The translations under genes were made by a program, and so were the position numbers. Shown piece after piece: positions 25,982-37,409 of a stretch of 64,000 nucleotides of DNA (the stretch's first letter is position 1; the number at the start of each line of letters is the position of its first letter). Under the pieces are notes generated by a model, which saw only the letters and a list, made by a program, of their open reading frames with translations, was not told where the DNA came from and made no database searches. This DNA is from Mobula hypostoma (lineage: Eukaryota), in NCBI RefSeq assembly GCF_963921235.1, contig NC_086097.1:94180001-94244000 (forward strand), written 5' to 3'.

Positions 25982-28687
25982 TGGTGGCGCTCTTGATTAA
26001 GGATGAGATCAGGGCGATTATGAGAGACGATATAAGATCTACGGAGCAGAATGTTGAGTCCATATGGGTAGAGATGAAGAATAGTAAAGGGAAAAAAAAT
26101 CGCTGGTGGGAGTTGTCTATAGGCCACCTAATAAAAATATTGCAGTGGCAGAGACGACTAACCAAGAAATAACTGAGGCTTGTAAGAACGGAACGGCAGT
26201 TGTCATGGGGGATTTTAACTTCCACATAGTTTGGGTGGATCAGGTTGGTCAGGGAAGTTTTGAGGAGGACTTCATAGAATGCATCCGTGATGGCTTTCTT
26301 GAGTAGCGTGTTAGTGAACCTACAAGGGAAAATACTATCTTAGATCTAGTCCTGTGCAATGAGACAGGTAAGATTAACGATCTTGTAGTCAGGGATCCTC
26401 TTGGTAAGAGTGATTATAGTATGATTGAATTTCGCATTCAGATGGAGGATGAAATGGTTAGATCTAAAACTAGTGTATTATGCTTGAACAAGGGAGACTA
26501 CAACAGGATGAGGGAGGAGTTGGCTAATGTGGATTGGGAGCACAGGCTATTTGGTAGGACAGTTGAGGAACAGTGGAAGACTTTCAAAGAGATTTTTCAC
26601 AGTGCTCAACAAAAGTATATTCCAGTCAAAAGTAAGGACAGTAAGTGTGAGGAGAGCCAGCCTTGGATAACTAAGGAAATAAAAGATAGTACCAAATTAA
26701 AAGCTCATGTGTACAAAGTCACAAAGAGTAGTGAGACTGGAGGATTGGGAAAACTTGAAAAAGCAACAAAGAACAACTAAACAAGAAATAAGGAAAGGGA
26801 AGATAGAGTGAAAGTAAATTAGCACAAAATATAAAAACAGATAGCAAAAGTTTTTATAAATATTTAAAGCGGAAGAGGGTGGCTAAAGTCAACGTAGGTC
26901 CCTTGGAAGATGAGAAGGGGAAATTGATATTGGGTGATAAGGAAATGACTGAGGCATTGAACGACTATTTTGTGTTGGTCTTCACGGTTATGGACGAAAT
27001 GGGAGGTGAGGACCTCGATAAAATCACTGTCACTAAAGAGATAGTGATGTGCAAACTAGAGGGCCTGAAGGTAGATAAGTCCCCTGGCCCTGATGGGATG
27101 CATCCCAGGGTGCTGAAGGAATTGGCGGAGGTTATAGTGGACGCATTGGTAATCATTTATCAAAACTCTCTAGACTCTGGGCAGGTCCCGGCAGATTGGA
27201 AGACAGCAAGTGTCACGCCATTTTTTAAAAAAGGATGTAGGCAGAAGACAGGCAACGATAGGCCAGTTAGCTTAACATCTGTAGTTGGGAAAATGTTTGA
27301 AGCTGTCATTAAGATAGAAATAGCGAAACATTTAGAAAGGAGTGGTTCCATTAGACAGACGCAGCATGGATTCAGAAAGGGCAGGTCCTGTTTGACAAAC
27401 CTACTGGAGTTCTTTGAGGACATAATGAGTGCAGTGGATAGAGGGGAACAGGTGAATGTCATATACTTGGATTTCCAGAAGGCATTTGATAAGGTGCCGC
27501 ACAAGAGACATAAATAAGATACGGATGTATGGAGTTGGAGGAAGTGTATTGGCATGGTTAGTGGATTGGTTAACCAATAGAAGGCAGAGAGTTGGTATAA
27601 ATGGGTGTTTCTCTGGTTGGCAGTCAGTGGTGAATTGGGTGCTGCAGGGGTCAGTGCTGGGCCCGCAGCTGTTTACCATTTACATTGATGATTTGGAAGA
27701 GGGGACTGAGTGCATCGTAGCAAAATTTGCTGATGACACTAATCTGAGTGGAAAAGCAAATTGTACAGAGGATGTGAAGAGTCTGCAGAGGGATATGGAT
27801 AGGTTAAGTGAGTGGGCCAAGGTCTGGCAGATGGAATACTACATTGGTAAATGCAAGATCATCCACTTTGGAAGGAATAATAGAAGAGCAGATTATTATT
27901 TAAATGGTGAAAGATTGCAGCATGCTGTTGTGCAGAGGGACTTGGGAGTGCTTGTTCATGAATCGTAAAAGGTTGGCTTGCAGATACAATAGGTTATTAA
28001 GAAGGCAAACGGAATAGCCTTCATTGCTAGAGGGATTGAATTCAAGAGCAGGGAGGTCATGCTGCAACTATACAGGGTACTGGTGAGGCCGCACCTGGAG
28101 TACTGTGTGCAGTTCTGCTCTCCATACTTGAGGAAGGACATACTGGCTTTGGAGGCAGTGCAGGGGAGGTTCACCTGGTTGATTCCAGGGATGAAGGGGT
28201 TAATCTGTGAGGAGAGATTGAGTCACCTGGGACTATACTCTCTGGAGTTCAGAAGAATGAGAGGGGATCTTACAGAAACATTCAAAATTTTGAAAGGGAT
28301 GGATAAGATAGAAGTAGGAAAGTTGTTTCCATTGGTAGGTGAGACTAGAACTAGGGGACATTGCCTCAAGACTCAGGGGAGAAGATTTAGGATGGAGATG
28401 AGGAGAAGCTGTTTTTCCCAGAGAGTGGTGAATCTGTGGAATTCTCTGCCCAGGGAAGCAGATGATGCTTCTTCACTAAATATATTTAAGATACAGTTGG
28501 ATAGATTTTTCCATAGTAGGGGAATTAAGGGTTATGGGGAAAAGGCAGGTAGATGGAGCTGAGTTTACGGACAGATCAGCCATGATCTTACTGAATGGCG
28601 GGGCTGGTTTGATGGGCCGGGTGGCCTACTCCTGCTCCTATTTCTTATGTTCTGATGTGCTTATGTTCTGATGTTCTCATGTTCTAG
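25982..28687 (+). mobile_element. CR1 LINE, 5'-truncated in EN, ending exactly at the TYRO3 exon acceptor
   Basis: VALLIKDEI, VVYRPPN, GDFNF, KSPGPDG, DFQKAFDKVPH, KFADDT, LVRPHLEYC; tail (TTCTNATG)n. Confidence 0.95.
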
Positions 28688-28809
28688 GAGTGAGTCTCCA
28701 GAGTCGACCTCACCGGCGACTTCCTGTTCCCATGGTCCTGCTGCCATTCATGAAGCATGGAGACCTTCACACCTACCTTGTCCTGTCCAGGCTGGGAGAC
28801 CAACCCGTT
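28688..28809 (+). CDS. TYRO3: TYRO3-like exon: hinge region
   Basis: ttctag|GA GTG...GTT|gtaagt; 122 bp, phase 1-0; (G)VSLQSRPHRRLPVPMVLLPFMKHGDLHTYLVLSRLGDQPV. Confidence 0.93.
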
Positions 28810-29633
28810 GTAAGTCAGCTTTGCTCATTTGAAGGCCGGCACTCTTGTCTCTTGGCCTGGGGTGTAGCTTAGTGTTAATTGTGATTTGACCTGCTTGTTA
28901 AGTAGCCCTGTGTACTGTATGTTGTGGTACTGCACACTTCAGGAAGAGGTTCTGGCCCAGTGACCTGTTGGGGAGTCTCAGCTGGCAATTGCAGAGTGCT
29001 TCCCTCCCCAGTGAAAAAACATGGCCAGAACAGATGCAGGCTGAAGTATTTGTCCTGCCCGGAAATGGAGCTGAATGCCAGTGGTCTGGTCTGTCACACT
29101 GGATGACAATCTGTGTCTACAAAACCAGGAATCAATACTCTAGTTGAGAAAAGAAAATGAGCTGAGGAGTTGTAGTTGTTTTCCCTGTTTGATTACATTC
29201 TACACAAACAATCTGCTCACTTGATGTTGTAACCCACATTCTGTGGGTGAGTCCTTTCTATAGACTGAGTTCATCCTGGCATGACCATGCTGCATATGAT
29301 GTCACCCACCTCTCACTCATAAAACAAACCTGCTGAACATTGTTCTTATGAAATTTGTGTGGGCAATATTGGTTGAAATGTTAAATGGGCTCATATTGAA
29401 ACTAGCAGTCTACAGAAGAGAGAGCTGGGTGAAACAGATGGTTGGATGCCTGATTCTGTTGCTTTCAAAGATTACTTCTCTCTCCAACTACATGATTAGA
29501 CTGAGTAACATACGGAAGTCACTATGTGGCACAGAGTGCTGTTACAATCCAGCCGCAATCAATAAATCCAGATTAAATGAAACTTTGATTCCTGATATTC
29601 TGACCATCCCATTACTCAGGAACATCCTAATAA

Positions 29634-30180
29634 GTTCTCCCTCTCTCTCCTCCCTCTCCCTCCCCACTTCCCCTCCCCTCTTCCCCCTCCCCCTCCCCTC
29701 TTCCCTTCCCCCTCCCCCTTGCCCCATCACTCTCCACCTTCCCCTCCCCTTTCACCCTCCCCTCCCCACACCCTTCTCTCTCAACCCCTCTCTTCCCCAT
29801 CCCTCTCTCCCCCTTTCTCCCCCCTCTCTCCCCCTTTCTCCCCCCTCTCTCCCCCTTTCTCCCCCCTCTCTCCCCCTTTCTCCCCCCTCTCTCCCCCTTT
29901 CTCCCCCTCTTTCTCCCCCTCTTTCTCCCCCCTCTTTCTCCCCCTCTTTCTCTCCCCCTCTCTATTCCCCATCCCCCTCTCTCCCCCATTCCTCCTCTCC
30001 CCCTCTTCTCTTCCCCCTTCCCCCTCCCCCTCCCCACCCCTTCTCTCTCAACCCCCTCTCTCACCCTCTCTCTTCCCCATGCTTCTCTCTCCCCATCTCC
30101 CCTCTGTCCCCCTCCTCTCTCCCCCACTCTCTCCCCTTCTTCTCTCTTTGGAACATTTTTCCCTCCTCTCTCCATTAGGC
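29634..30180. repeat. About 540-bp homopyrimidine/homopurine low-complexity tract
   Basis: Almost only C/T on +; internal 21-bp tandem CCCTCTCTCCCCCTTTCTCCC. Confidence 0.95.
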
Positions 30181-30569
30181 AATTTCTCTACCTTTCCCTT
30201 TGCGTCCCGATCCTCTGCCATTCCCGACTGGAGTGTGCTTCATTTGTTCCTTCTCCTTCCTGTGCCCTGGTGTGCTGGCTCTTGTATCCTAGGCGTTGGA
30301 CCTCTGTTCAGCACAGTCCCCCTGCAGCTGTCCACATGCTCAACCATTCCTCCTTCTCTTTCAACCATTCCCCAATTGTAGGCAACTAACCAGCACAAAT
30401 TCAAAGTTCTTTTCCTGGTGTTTAACTTACAGTCCTCTTCCTTTAACAGTACCATTTCTAGCCATCTTTCAACAACCCCCCCGCCCCAAGCTCCTGGACA
30501 CATTGAACCACCTTCACCAACAGACTGGCAGGTTCCATTCTCCGCAACTGACTCGTTTCCATTTCAGAC

Positions 30570-30955
30570 TTACAGTCTGAGACAGGGTTACAGTCTGAGA
30601 CAGGGTTACAGTCTGACTACAGGGTTACAGTCTGACTACAGGGTTACAGTCTGAGACAGTTACAGTCTGACTACAGGGTTGCAGTGTGAGGACAGGGTTA
30701 CAGTCTGACTACAGGGTTGCAGTGTGAGGACAGGGTTACAGTCTGACTACAGGGTTGCAGTGTGAGGACAGGGTTACAGTCTTGAGTATAGGGTTACAGA
30801 GTGAGTACAGGATCACAGTCTGAGACAGGGTTGCAGTCTGAGTAGAGGGTTACAGTCTGAGACAGGGTTACAGTCTGAGTATATGCTTATAGTGTGAGTA
30901 CAAGGTTGCAGTTTGAGTGCAATGTTACAGTCTGAGACAGGGTTACAGTCTGACG
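30570..30955. repeat. Minisatellite, 18-20-bp unit ACAGGGTTACAGTCTGAG/ACT
   Basis: Direct tandem copies with variants. Confidence 0.9.
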
Positions 30956-31520
30956 TGTCAACAATTCCTTTCCTTCCACAGATGCTGTCCACCCGCTGAG
31001 TTCTTCCAGCAGATTGTTTTTTGCTCCAGCTTCTGGCATCTGCAGTCTCACATGTCTCCTTTTTTCCATTAGCCCTCCAATTAAAACAAAACACCAAATG
31101 GACCAACAAAACTGCAGATGCTGGAATTAAAACGTTTTGTCTTTGCTTACCCTTGTTGCCCAGTGAGGCGTTCAGACCTCTTTTTCTCCAATTACATCTA
31201 CTGGAAGTTCGGCACTCTTTCTTCTGTGTCATGCCCATGTTGGACAACATAACTTTGTCCTCTCCCTCTCAGTCTTGTGCAGGTTTTATATATTCTGTTG
31301 TTTATTTTGCACACTTATAGGCAATATATAAAATCTGGTAATTTAAGTATGTCCTCGTCCTGTACTGCCCTTCTGCTGTAAAAAAGTTAATGTTCATGAC
31401 CCTGTTTATGCATGTCTAGGACAATGAGTTTGAACTTGGAGGCCCATCCTATCATCTCTTACCCCAAAGCATGTCATCATCCTCACCCTACCTCCCTCTT
31501 GTCTCATATTCACGAGGTAG

Positions 31521-31682
<162 letters not shown>

Positions 31683-32139
31683 TGAGTGGGATGGGGTAGA
31701 CTAACCAAAACCGAACTCGCTGATTGCTGGGATGATGGTCTTGAGGCTAAGGTTGAGTACTGAGACACTAGCTTCCCAATTCACTGCAATGATTTCTATT
31801 TGGCTGCTACTGAGAGAAGTAGGCTGAGGTGTGCCTTGTGGGAGAAGAGGAGTTAACAGAAATAATGTGCCTGGGTGGTGGGGTATGCAGGTGACACAGC
31901 AGTGAAGCGCCTATAGGTGGAAGTGCGGGGAGCGGGGAAGCTCACTGATGCATTCATAGTGTGCAGAGGTGAGGTACAGGTAAGTGTTTAACTGCTTATT
32001 GTATATTACTGCTCAGTAATTTACTAGTTGGTGGAAATTATTTGATTAGCACTGTGGTTTTGGTGGCTAGTGATTTTATTTACATATTAGCTTAATAGTT
32101 ACAATCTCCAAAGTCAAAATAAACTTATACAATGTATTA

Positions 32140-32580
32140 AAGTTCAGGGTAAATTTATTATCGAAGTATATATATGTCGTCACATATAACCTTGAGACTC
32201 ATTTTCTTGTGGGCATATGCAGTACATAACAGAATCAATGCAAGACGGCAGCGACAGGGTGGAGAAACGAGAAGTGTGCAAAATACAACAAAATGCAAAT
32301 ACAAAAGGGAAAAATAATAATAGATAAATAAGAAATAAATATTGAGAACATGAGATGAAGAGTCCTTGAAAGTGAATCCATAAGTTGTGGGAACATTTCA
32401 GTGAAGTTAGCCCCCCTGGTTCAGGAATCTGATGGCTGAGGGGTAGTAACTGTTCCTGAACCTGGTGGTGTGAGTCCTGAGGCTCCTGTACCTCCTTCCT
32501 GACAGCAGAGAGAAGAGAGCATGTCCTGGGTGGTGGAGGTCCCTGGTGATGGATGCTGCTTTCCTGCAACAGCACTTTCC
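32140..32580 (-). mobile_element. Rex1/Babar-like LINE 3' end
   Basis: HPGHALFSLLSGRRYRSLRTHTTRFRNSYYPSAIRFLN on the minus strand. Confidence 0.75.
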
Positions 32581-33159
32581 CACATTATGGCAGTTCAGGG
32601 AGCAGAAATTCAGTCTCCAGAATTCACATATCACTACTAAAAAAAACTGAGATATGGAATAAAAAATTGCTCTTGTGGGATTTATGTGAAAGAATAAGCA
32701 CAAAATGTATGCAACGAGTTGAACTAATTGACCAACAACAGCAAATGCTGGTTGCCATTCACCACGGGAGGCCACTTTCAACATTTGCTTTGGAAACTGA
32801 CAAGGCAATCACTTCTATTGAAACTTATTCAGTAATGCTTCATCACACTATGTAACAATTGAAACAAAAGTCTTTTCCCTTCTCCCTGTACAACATTCAG
32901 AGTTCCCTCACCTATTGATCAGGCACCTGTGAGGACAAGACCAATTGGAGAAAACTTTGCTGTAGGAATGCATCCCCATATATAACATAGATTGAATGGG
33001 AGAAAAACAGTTCACATTACCGAAAGTCATGCTTTCTAGGAATGCAATCCTTCTTTCATATATTGGTACACTGTAGGAATTTTCCGCAAACAATAGGACA
33101 TCTTGCCAAACCACATGCAATATCTGAAGTGTACTTTGTGGGAGTTTGGCTCAACTTCA

Positions 33160-33560
33160 TAGTGTCATACAACACAAAACAGACTTTTGGCCCAACCACC
33201 TCATTCTGATCAAGATATCCAATCTAAGCTAGTCCTATTTGCCCGTACCTGCCCCACTGACTCTTAAAATTTGTTATTGTACCTGCTTCAGCCACTTCCG
33301 CTGGCAACTCATTCCTCGTTCCTCTGTGTGAAGAAGTTGCCCTCATGATTTTATACAGGATAAGATTGCCTCTCGGTCTCCTACACTCGAAGGAATACAG
33401 TCCCAGCCTGTCCAACCTCCACCTAGAACTCAGTCCCTCAAATCCTGGCAACATGCTTATAAATCTTCCCTGCACCCTTTCTGGTTTAATAACATCTTTC
33501 CCACAAAAAAAAGGCCAAAGCTGAACGTCATCCTCGGAGTGCAGCTTCAGGTGTGTCCTG
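33160..33560 (-). mobile_element. CR1 LINE 3' fragment
   Basis: ORF 33224-33565 ERVQGRFISMLPG...LDRLGLYSF. Confidence 0.7.
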
Positions 33561-33814
33561 TACACTGCTCCACGACGACCCTTCTCATGAGATTCTCCTG
33601 TGTGGAGCCTCAGCTGCAGCGGAAACGGCAGACACCAATCATGAACGAGAGGGATAACCAGTTGTTTCAGACCTTTGCCACACGCTTCACAGAGCGTTTG
33701 TGTTCTGGGACTACGATGTCTTTACTGTCTCTGGGGATAGTATTAAAGCCTCTTGGTAAGGTGTCAGAATAGCACCTTCAAGTGTTCACGGAGACAGACA
33801 GTGTCCTTTGGAAA

Positions 33815-34436
33815 CCAAGAGGATCACAACCTTGTCCTAGGGTTTGGAGGTTTGCGTGCCTCAGTGACCCAGAGAGCGATGTTGGCTGGAGTCAGGGCTT
33901 TATGCTTTGACTCTTGGTAGGGTCATCCATGCCAAACAGGTCAAAGGGTAGAGGCCAGACTAAGAGTGGTTACCAGATCTCCAGGTTGAGGGGTTCAGTC
34001 CAGGGCTAACAACCCTGACCGGTAAAACAAAACTGTTATGGAAACAGCAATGAAGAATCCTTCTACATCTCGGTGTGATGGTATTCCTGAGTCTCCACCC
34101 GGGACTCGCGTGACTGACAGTAGTGAAAACCGAGATGAAGCTACTGAGATTAGAGATGGAGGATCTACATTGCTGCACTAAATGCCAGTGGCGAAATGGG
34201 CATAAGTAAGAAATGCCAGTGGCGAAATGGGCAGTAAGTGAGAAATGCCAGTGGCGAAATGGGCATAAGTAAGAAATGCCAGTGGCGAAATGGGCAGTAA
34301 GTGAGAAATGCCAGTGGCGAAAGGGGCATAAGTAAGAAATGCCAGTGGCGAAATGGGCAGTGAGTGAGAAATGCCAGTGGCGAAATGGGCAGTAAGTGAG
34401 AAATGCCAGTGGCGAAATGGGCAGTAAGTAAGTAAG
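33815..34436 (+). mobile_element. Short non-autonomous retroelement (RTE-related, tentative) with tandemly amplified 3' end
   Basis: Homologous inverted copy at about 44140-44528; ends in (GTAA)n; 31-32-bp unit repeated about 8 times at 34180-34436. Confidence 0.55.
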
Positions 34437-34734
34437 AAGAGAGCCTCTGTGGTGTATTTCTCACCCGCTGCCACAGTGAGAGGTTCGTTATCTCAACTTG
34501 AAAGAATTTTGGAGGAGTAGGAAAGGGAAATGCCATGAGAAAGGGGGTAAGTGAGAGAACAAGGTTTTGTATATTGAGATGGGGATGAGATGAGGTTAGT
34601 GATACGGTGTTGAGACCAGGGCCAAGCAGGTAATTGTGATGTTTTCCTTCTGAACCAGACTGGTAATAGTGTCCTAGTGACAAGGATAAACTGGTAACTG
34701 CAGCATGACTGAATGAAAAATCGTGAATGCATTT

Positions 34735-34840
34735 TTTCCCAGTCCTGATGAAGGGTCTCAGCCCAAAACATCAACTGTTTACTCTGTTCCATAGATGCTG
34801 CCTGGCCTGCTGAGTTCCTCCAGCATCTTGTGTGTGTTGA
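34735..34840 (+). mobile_element. Penelope-like terminal repeat fragment with hammerhead motif
   Basis: CAGTCCTGATGAAGGGTCTCAGCCCAAAACATCAACTG...CCTGCTGAGTTCCTCCAGC. Confidence 0.7.
34740..34777 (+). ncRNA. Degenerate minimal type I hammerhead ribozyme motif (representative copy)
   Basis: Stem I CAGTC/AACTG, CUGAUGA core, stem II GGG..CCC; GAAAC-GUC mutated to AAAAC-AUC. Confidence 0.6.
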
Positions 34841-35204
34841 ATGCAAAACAGAGTTAAGTTTAGAATGTTGTTATTAATATGAACTAGGTATCCTGGAATG
34901 AATAAGAGGTAAATCATAATAGAATTACTAATTATGAGTGAACCTAATTTAGTTAACAGCCTGACGATATTTGAATATCTATGTAACATAAGTCAAAATA
35001 GGATTTGGGTTCACCGTTGTGTGTTAAAGGGAGAGCCTCAGAACAGTGTTTAAGGTAATGCTCATCCCAACAGGATGCGGCGAAAATTGACCACAGATGC
35101 CGATAAAGCCACAGGTTTAGAAAGTAACTCAATACAATGCAGAATCCAGTTATTTCTCTAAAGAGCTCTCTGCCCCAGTAGGGCCACAGGTACTCTCAGG
35201 TTAA

Positions 35205-35500
35205 GATTAAAGACTGTCACGAGCCTTGTGGCCCATCAGGCTGGTTTTATGCCGGTTTCCATGGCGTGAAGCGACTGAGAGTACAAGACTTCCCCCCCCC
35301 CCCCCCCCCGGATAGGACGCCAGTCTATCGCGAGGTTAACCCCTAGCATTTTGCTGGTACCCATTTTCAGCTGTGTAGACTGGAGCATTGTGTGGTTAAG
35401 TCCCTTGCTCGAGGACACATACACTGCCCCGGCCAAGGCTCGAACCCAAGACCTTCAGATCGCTAGTCCAATGCCCTAACCACTCGGCCACGTGCCACAC
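35205..35500 (-). mobile_element. tRNA-derived SINE (MetaSINE-like core) with perfect 13-bp TSD
   Basis: TSD ACTCTCAGGTTAA at 35192-35204 and 35501-35513; A box TGGCCGAGTGG and B box GGTTCGAGCC on the minus strand. Confidence 0.8.
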
Positions 35501-35699
35501 ACTCTCAGGTTAAAAGGGAGAGTAAATGATGTGCTTACTTAGCAGAGGTCCTGCAGAACAGGGTGAGATAAATAGAACTGCTGACAGCGGATGCCAGAAC
35601 ATGTACTAAGAGCAACTAAAAGAGAAAAGAAGTTTGCAAGTTATCAAAATCAACACAAAATACTAAGTCTCATAGTCAGAGAAAGAGAGTGATCAGATC

Positions 35700-36225
35700 A
35701 AAAGATGTAGGGGCAAATTTAGGCCATTAGAATCCTATTCTCCTGCCTTCGCCTTATACCCTTTACCAGTCAAGAACTTATCTGCCCTAAATACACTCGT
35801 TGATTTGGCTTCTACTCCCTTTGAATTTCACAGATTCATCTCCCTTGGCTGAAGAAATCCCTCCTCATCCTCAGTTCTGTAGGGATGTCCCTTTATTCTG
35901 AGGCTGTGCCCCCTGACCCTAGACTTTCCTACTGATGGCAGTATCCTTCTCTATGTTCACTCTAACCAGACCAGTCAGCATCCGGTAGGGTGCAGAGAGA
36001 TTCCCCCTTCATCCTTCTGAACTCCATTGAGTGCAGGCCCTGTGCCATCAAACATTAAGCCTTTGTTGAGCTGTGGTCATTCTTGTGAACCTCGTCTGGA
36101 ACTGGTCCATGGCTAGCACAATTATCCTTAGAGATGGGACCAAAGTTGCTTACAATGTTGCAAATAGGGTCTGACCAATGCCCGATTAGTAGTCAGCAGG
36201 ACGTCCTTGATTTTATAATCTATTC
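35700..36225 (-). mobile_element. CR1 LINE 3' fragment
   Basis: RALVRPYLQHCKQLWS on the minus strand plus CR1 3' UTR. Confidence 0.65.
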
Positions 36226-36521
36226 TCATCACAAAAAAAGGAATCCTTGAAAATAAAACATAGGAAATAGCAGACACGTTAAATGATTTACAGTATCTTC
36301 TCCAGAAGTCAGCCCCTTCTTGATAGTGTTCCAAAGTGTCAGCTTAAGCATTTGTTTTTCGTGCCTTCAGACTGGGACTTAATGCCTGAAGTTACTGCTC
36401 TGTAAGTAGGACTGAATTATATCTGATGACTAAGTGGTAACTCTGTCTATGTGCGTTGTGAAACTAGAGCATAATAAAGTCAGCCAGGTAGTTACTGAGT
36501 ACTTATTAATGTTTTCTTTAG

Positions 36522-36681
36522 GTTGGACGAAGACATGCGTGTGTGTGTGGCCGACTTTGGCTTATCTCGGAAGCTGTACAGTGGAGATTACTATAGACAA
36601 GGGAGCATGAGCAAGCTGCCCGTCAAATGGATTGCACTGGAGAGTTTGGCAGATAATGTTTACACAGTTTACAGTGACGTG
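36522..36681 (+). CDS. TYRO3: TYRO3-like exon: DFG, activation loop and TAM signature
   Basis: ctttag|G TTG...GTG|gtaatg; 160 bp; [55 protein letters not shown](I/L)A(I/L)ES is the TAM signature, and SKLP...LESLADN favours TYRO3. Confidence 0.95.
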
Positions 36682-37409
36682 GTAATGTACAAAGTCTGTG
36701 TGTATATGTATTGACCACACCTGTCACATTGCTCAAGTACAGTCTGACACCTAATCCTTGGCTGTGTCCTCTAAGGTCATAAACAGGAGGAGGCTTTGAC
36801 CATATGCCCTCCTCTGCAGGCCTACATGATTGTGGCTGATCTGACCTCAGCCTCAGCTTCACTTTTCTGCTTACTTCCTCTGATCTTCAGCTCTCCTTCT
36901 GGATCAAAAAATCTGTTTTTGCCTGTGAACACTTTGTGACCTGTTCCCTGATTTTGAAATGTTTCAAGGGATTTTCTCAAATTGTGAAACAAAGTAAGAA
37001 GAGGGGATCTGTAAGGCCACTCTCGTCCCTCTTGCAGTAGGGCGAGGGAATAGGCAAGGTTAAGCTGCTGAGTCAAATGGGCAGAGAAAACTTGCATTTG
37101 TGCCTCTTACTCATGCCCCAAAGGAACTGCCAGCCTGTGAGATGCAGTTAGCAGCCAACATCCCACAAACAGTAGCGTGACACAAACAGATTACAGTGTA
37201 GAAATTTATCCTCTTCTTATGCTATAAGTGCAATGCAGAGGTGGGCGCATTGTAATCCTCCTCCAATGGTTACAATGACTAGCTAAGTATCTCATCTAAC
37301 AAGCTGGCCTTTAAAAAAATCAGATACCCAGAAATAAACTACTCTCAGTAAAAATGAAGAGAAAATGGCTGAAAACTGCAGTTAGTTCTCAAGGCCTTTT
37401 AGACTAATT

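Noticed and set aside
29348..30381. Pro/Ser/Leu-rich and Gly/Glu/Arg-rich ORFs of 180-276 aa
   Set aside because: Stop-free only because the sequence is a C/T low-complexity tract
30570..30955. Interstitial telomeric repeat
   Set aside because: GGGTTA occurs once per 18-20-bp unit, not as (TTAGGG)n
32585..33120. Possible coding remnant in non-repetitive-looking intronic sequence
   Set aside because: No recognisable protein motif in the frames examined and no clear splice sites
34180..34436. CRISPR-like appearance of about 30-bp repeats (also 8790-9205 and 55045-55275)
   Set aside because: Head-to-tail units without unique spacers, no cas genes, eukaryotic context
35425..35500. tRNA gene
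   Set aside because: A and B boxes belong to a SINE head continuous with a SINE body and flanked by a TSD; no convincing cloverleaf
36522..36681. AXL or MERTK assignment
   Set aside because: [38 protein letters not shown] and RGQTPY fit TYRO3 better; a phylogeny would be needed to be certain
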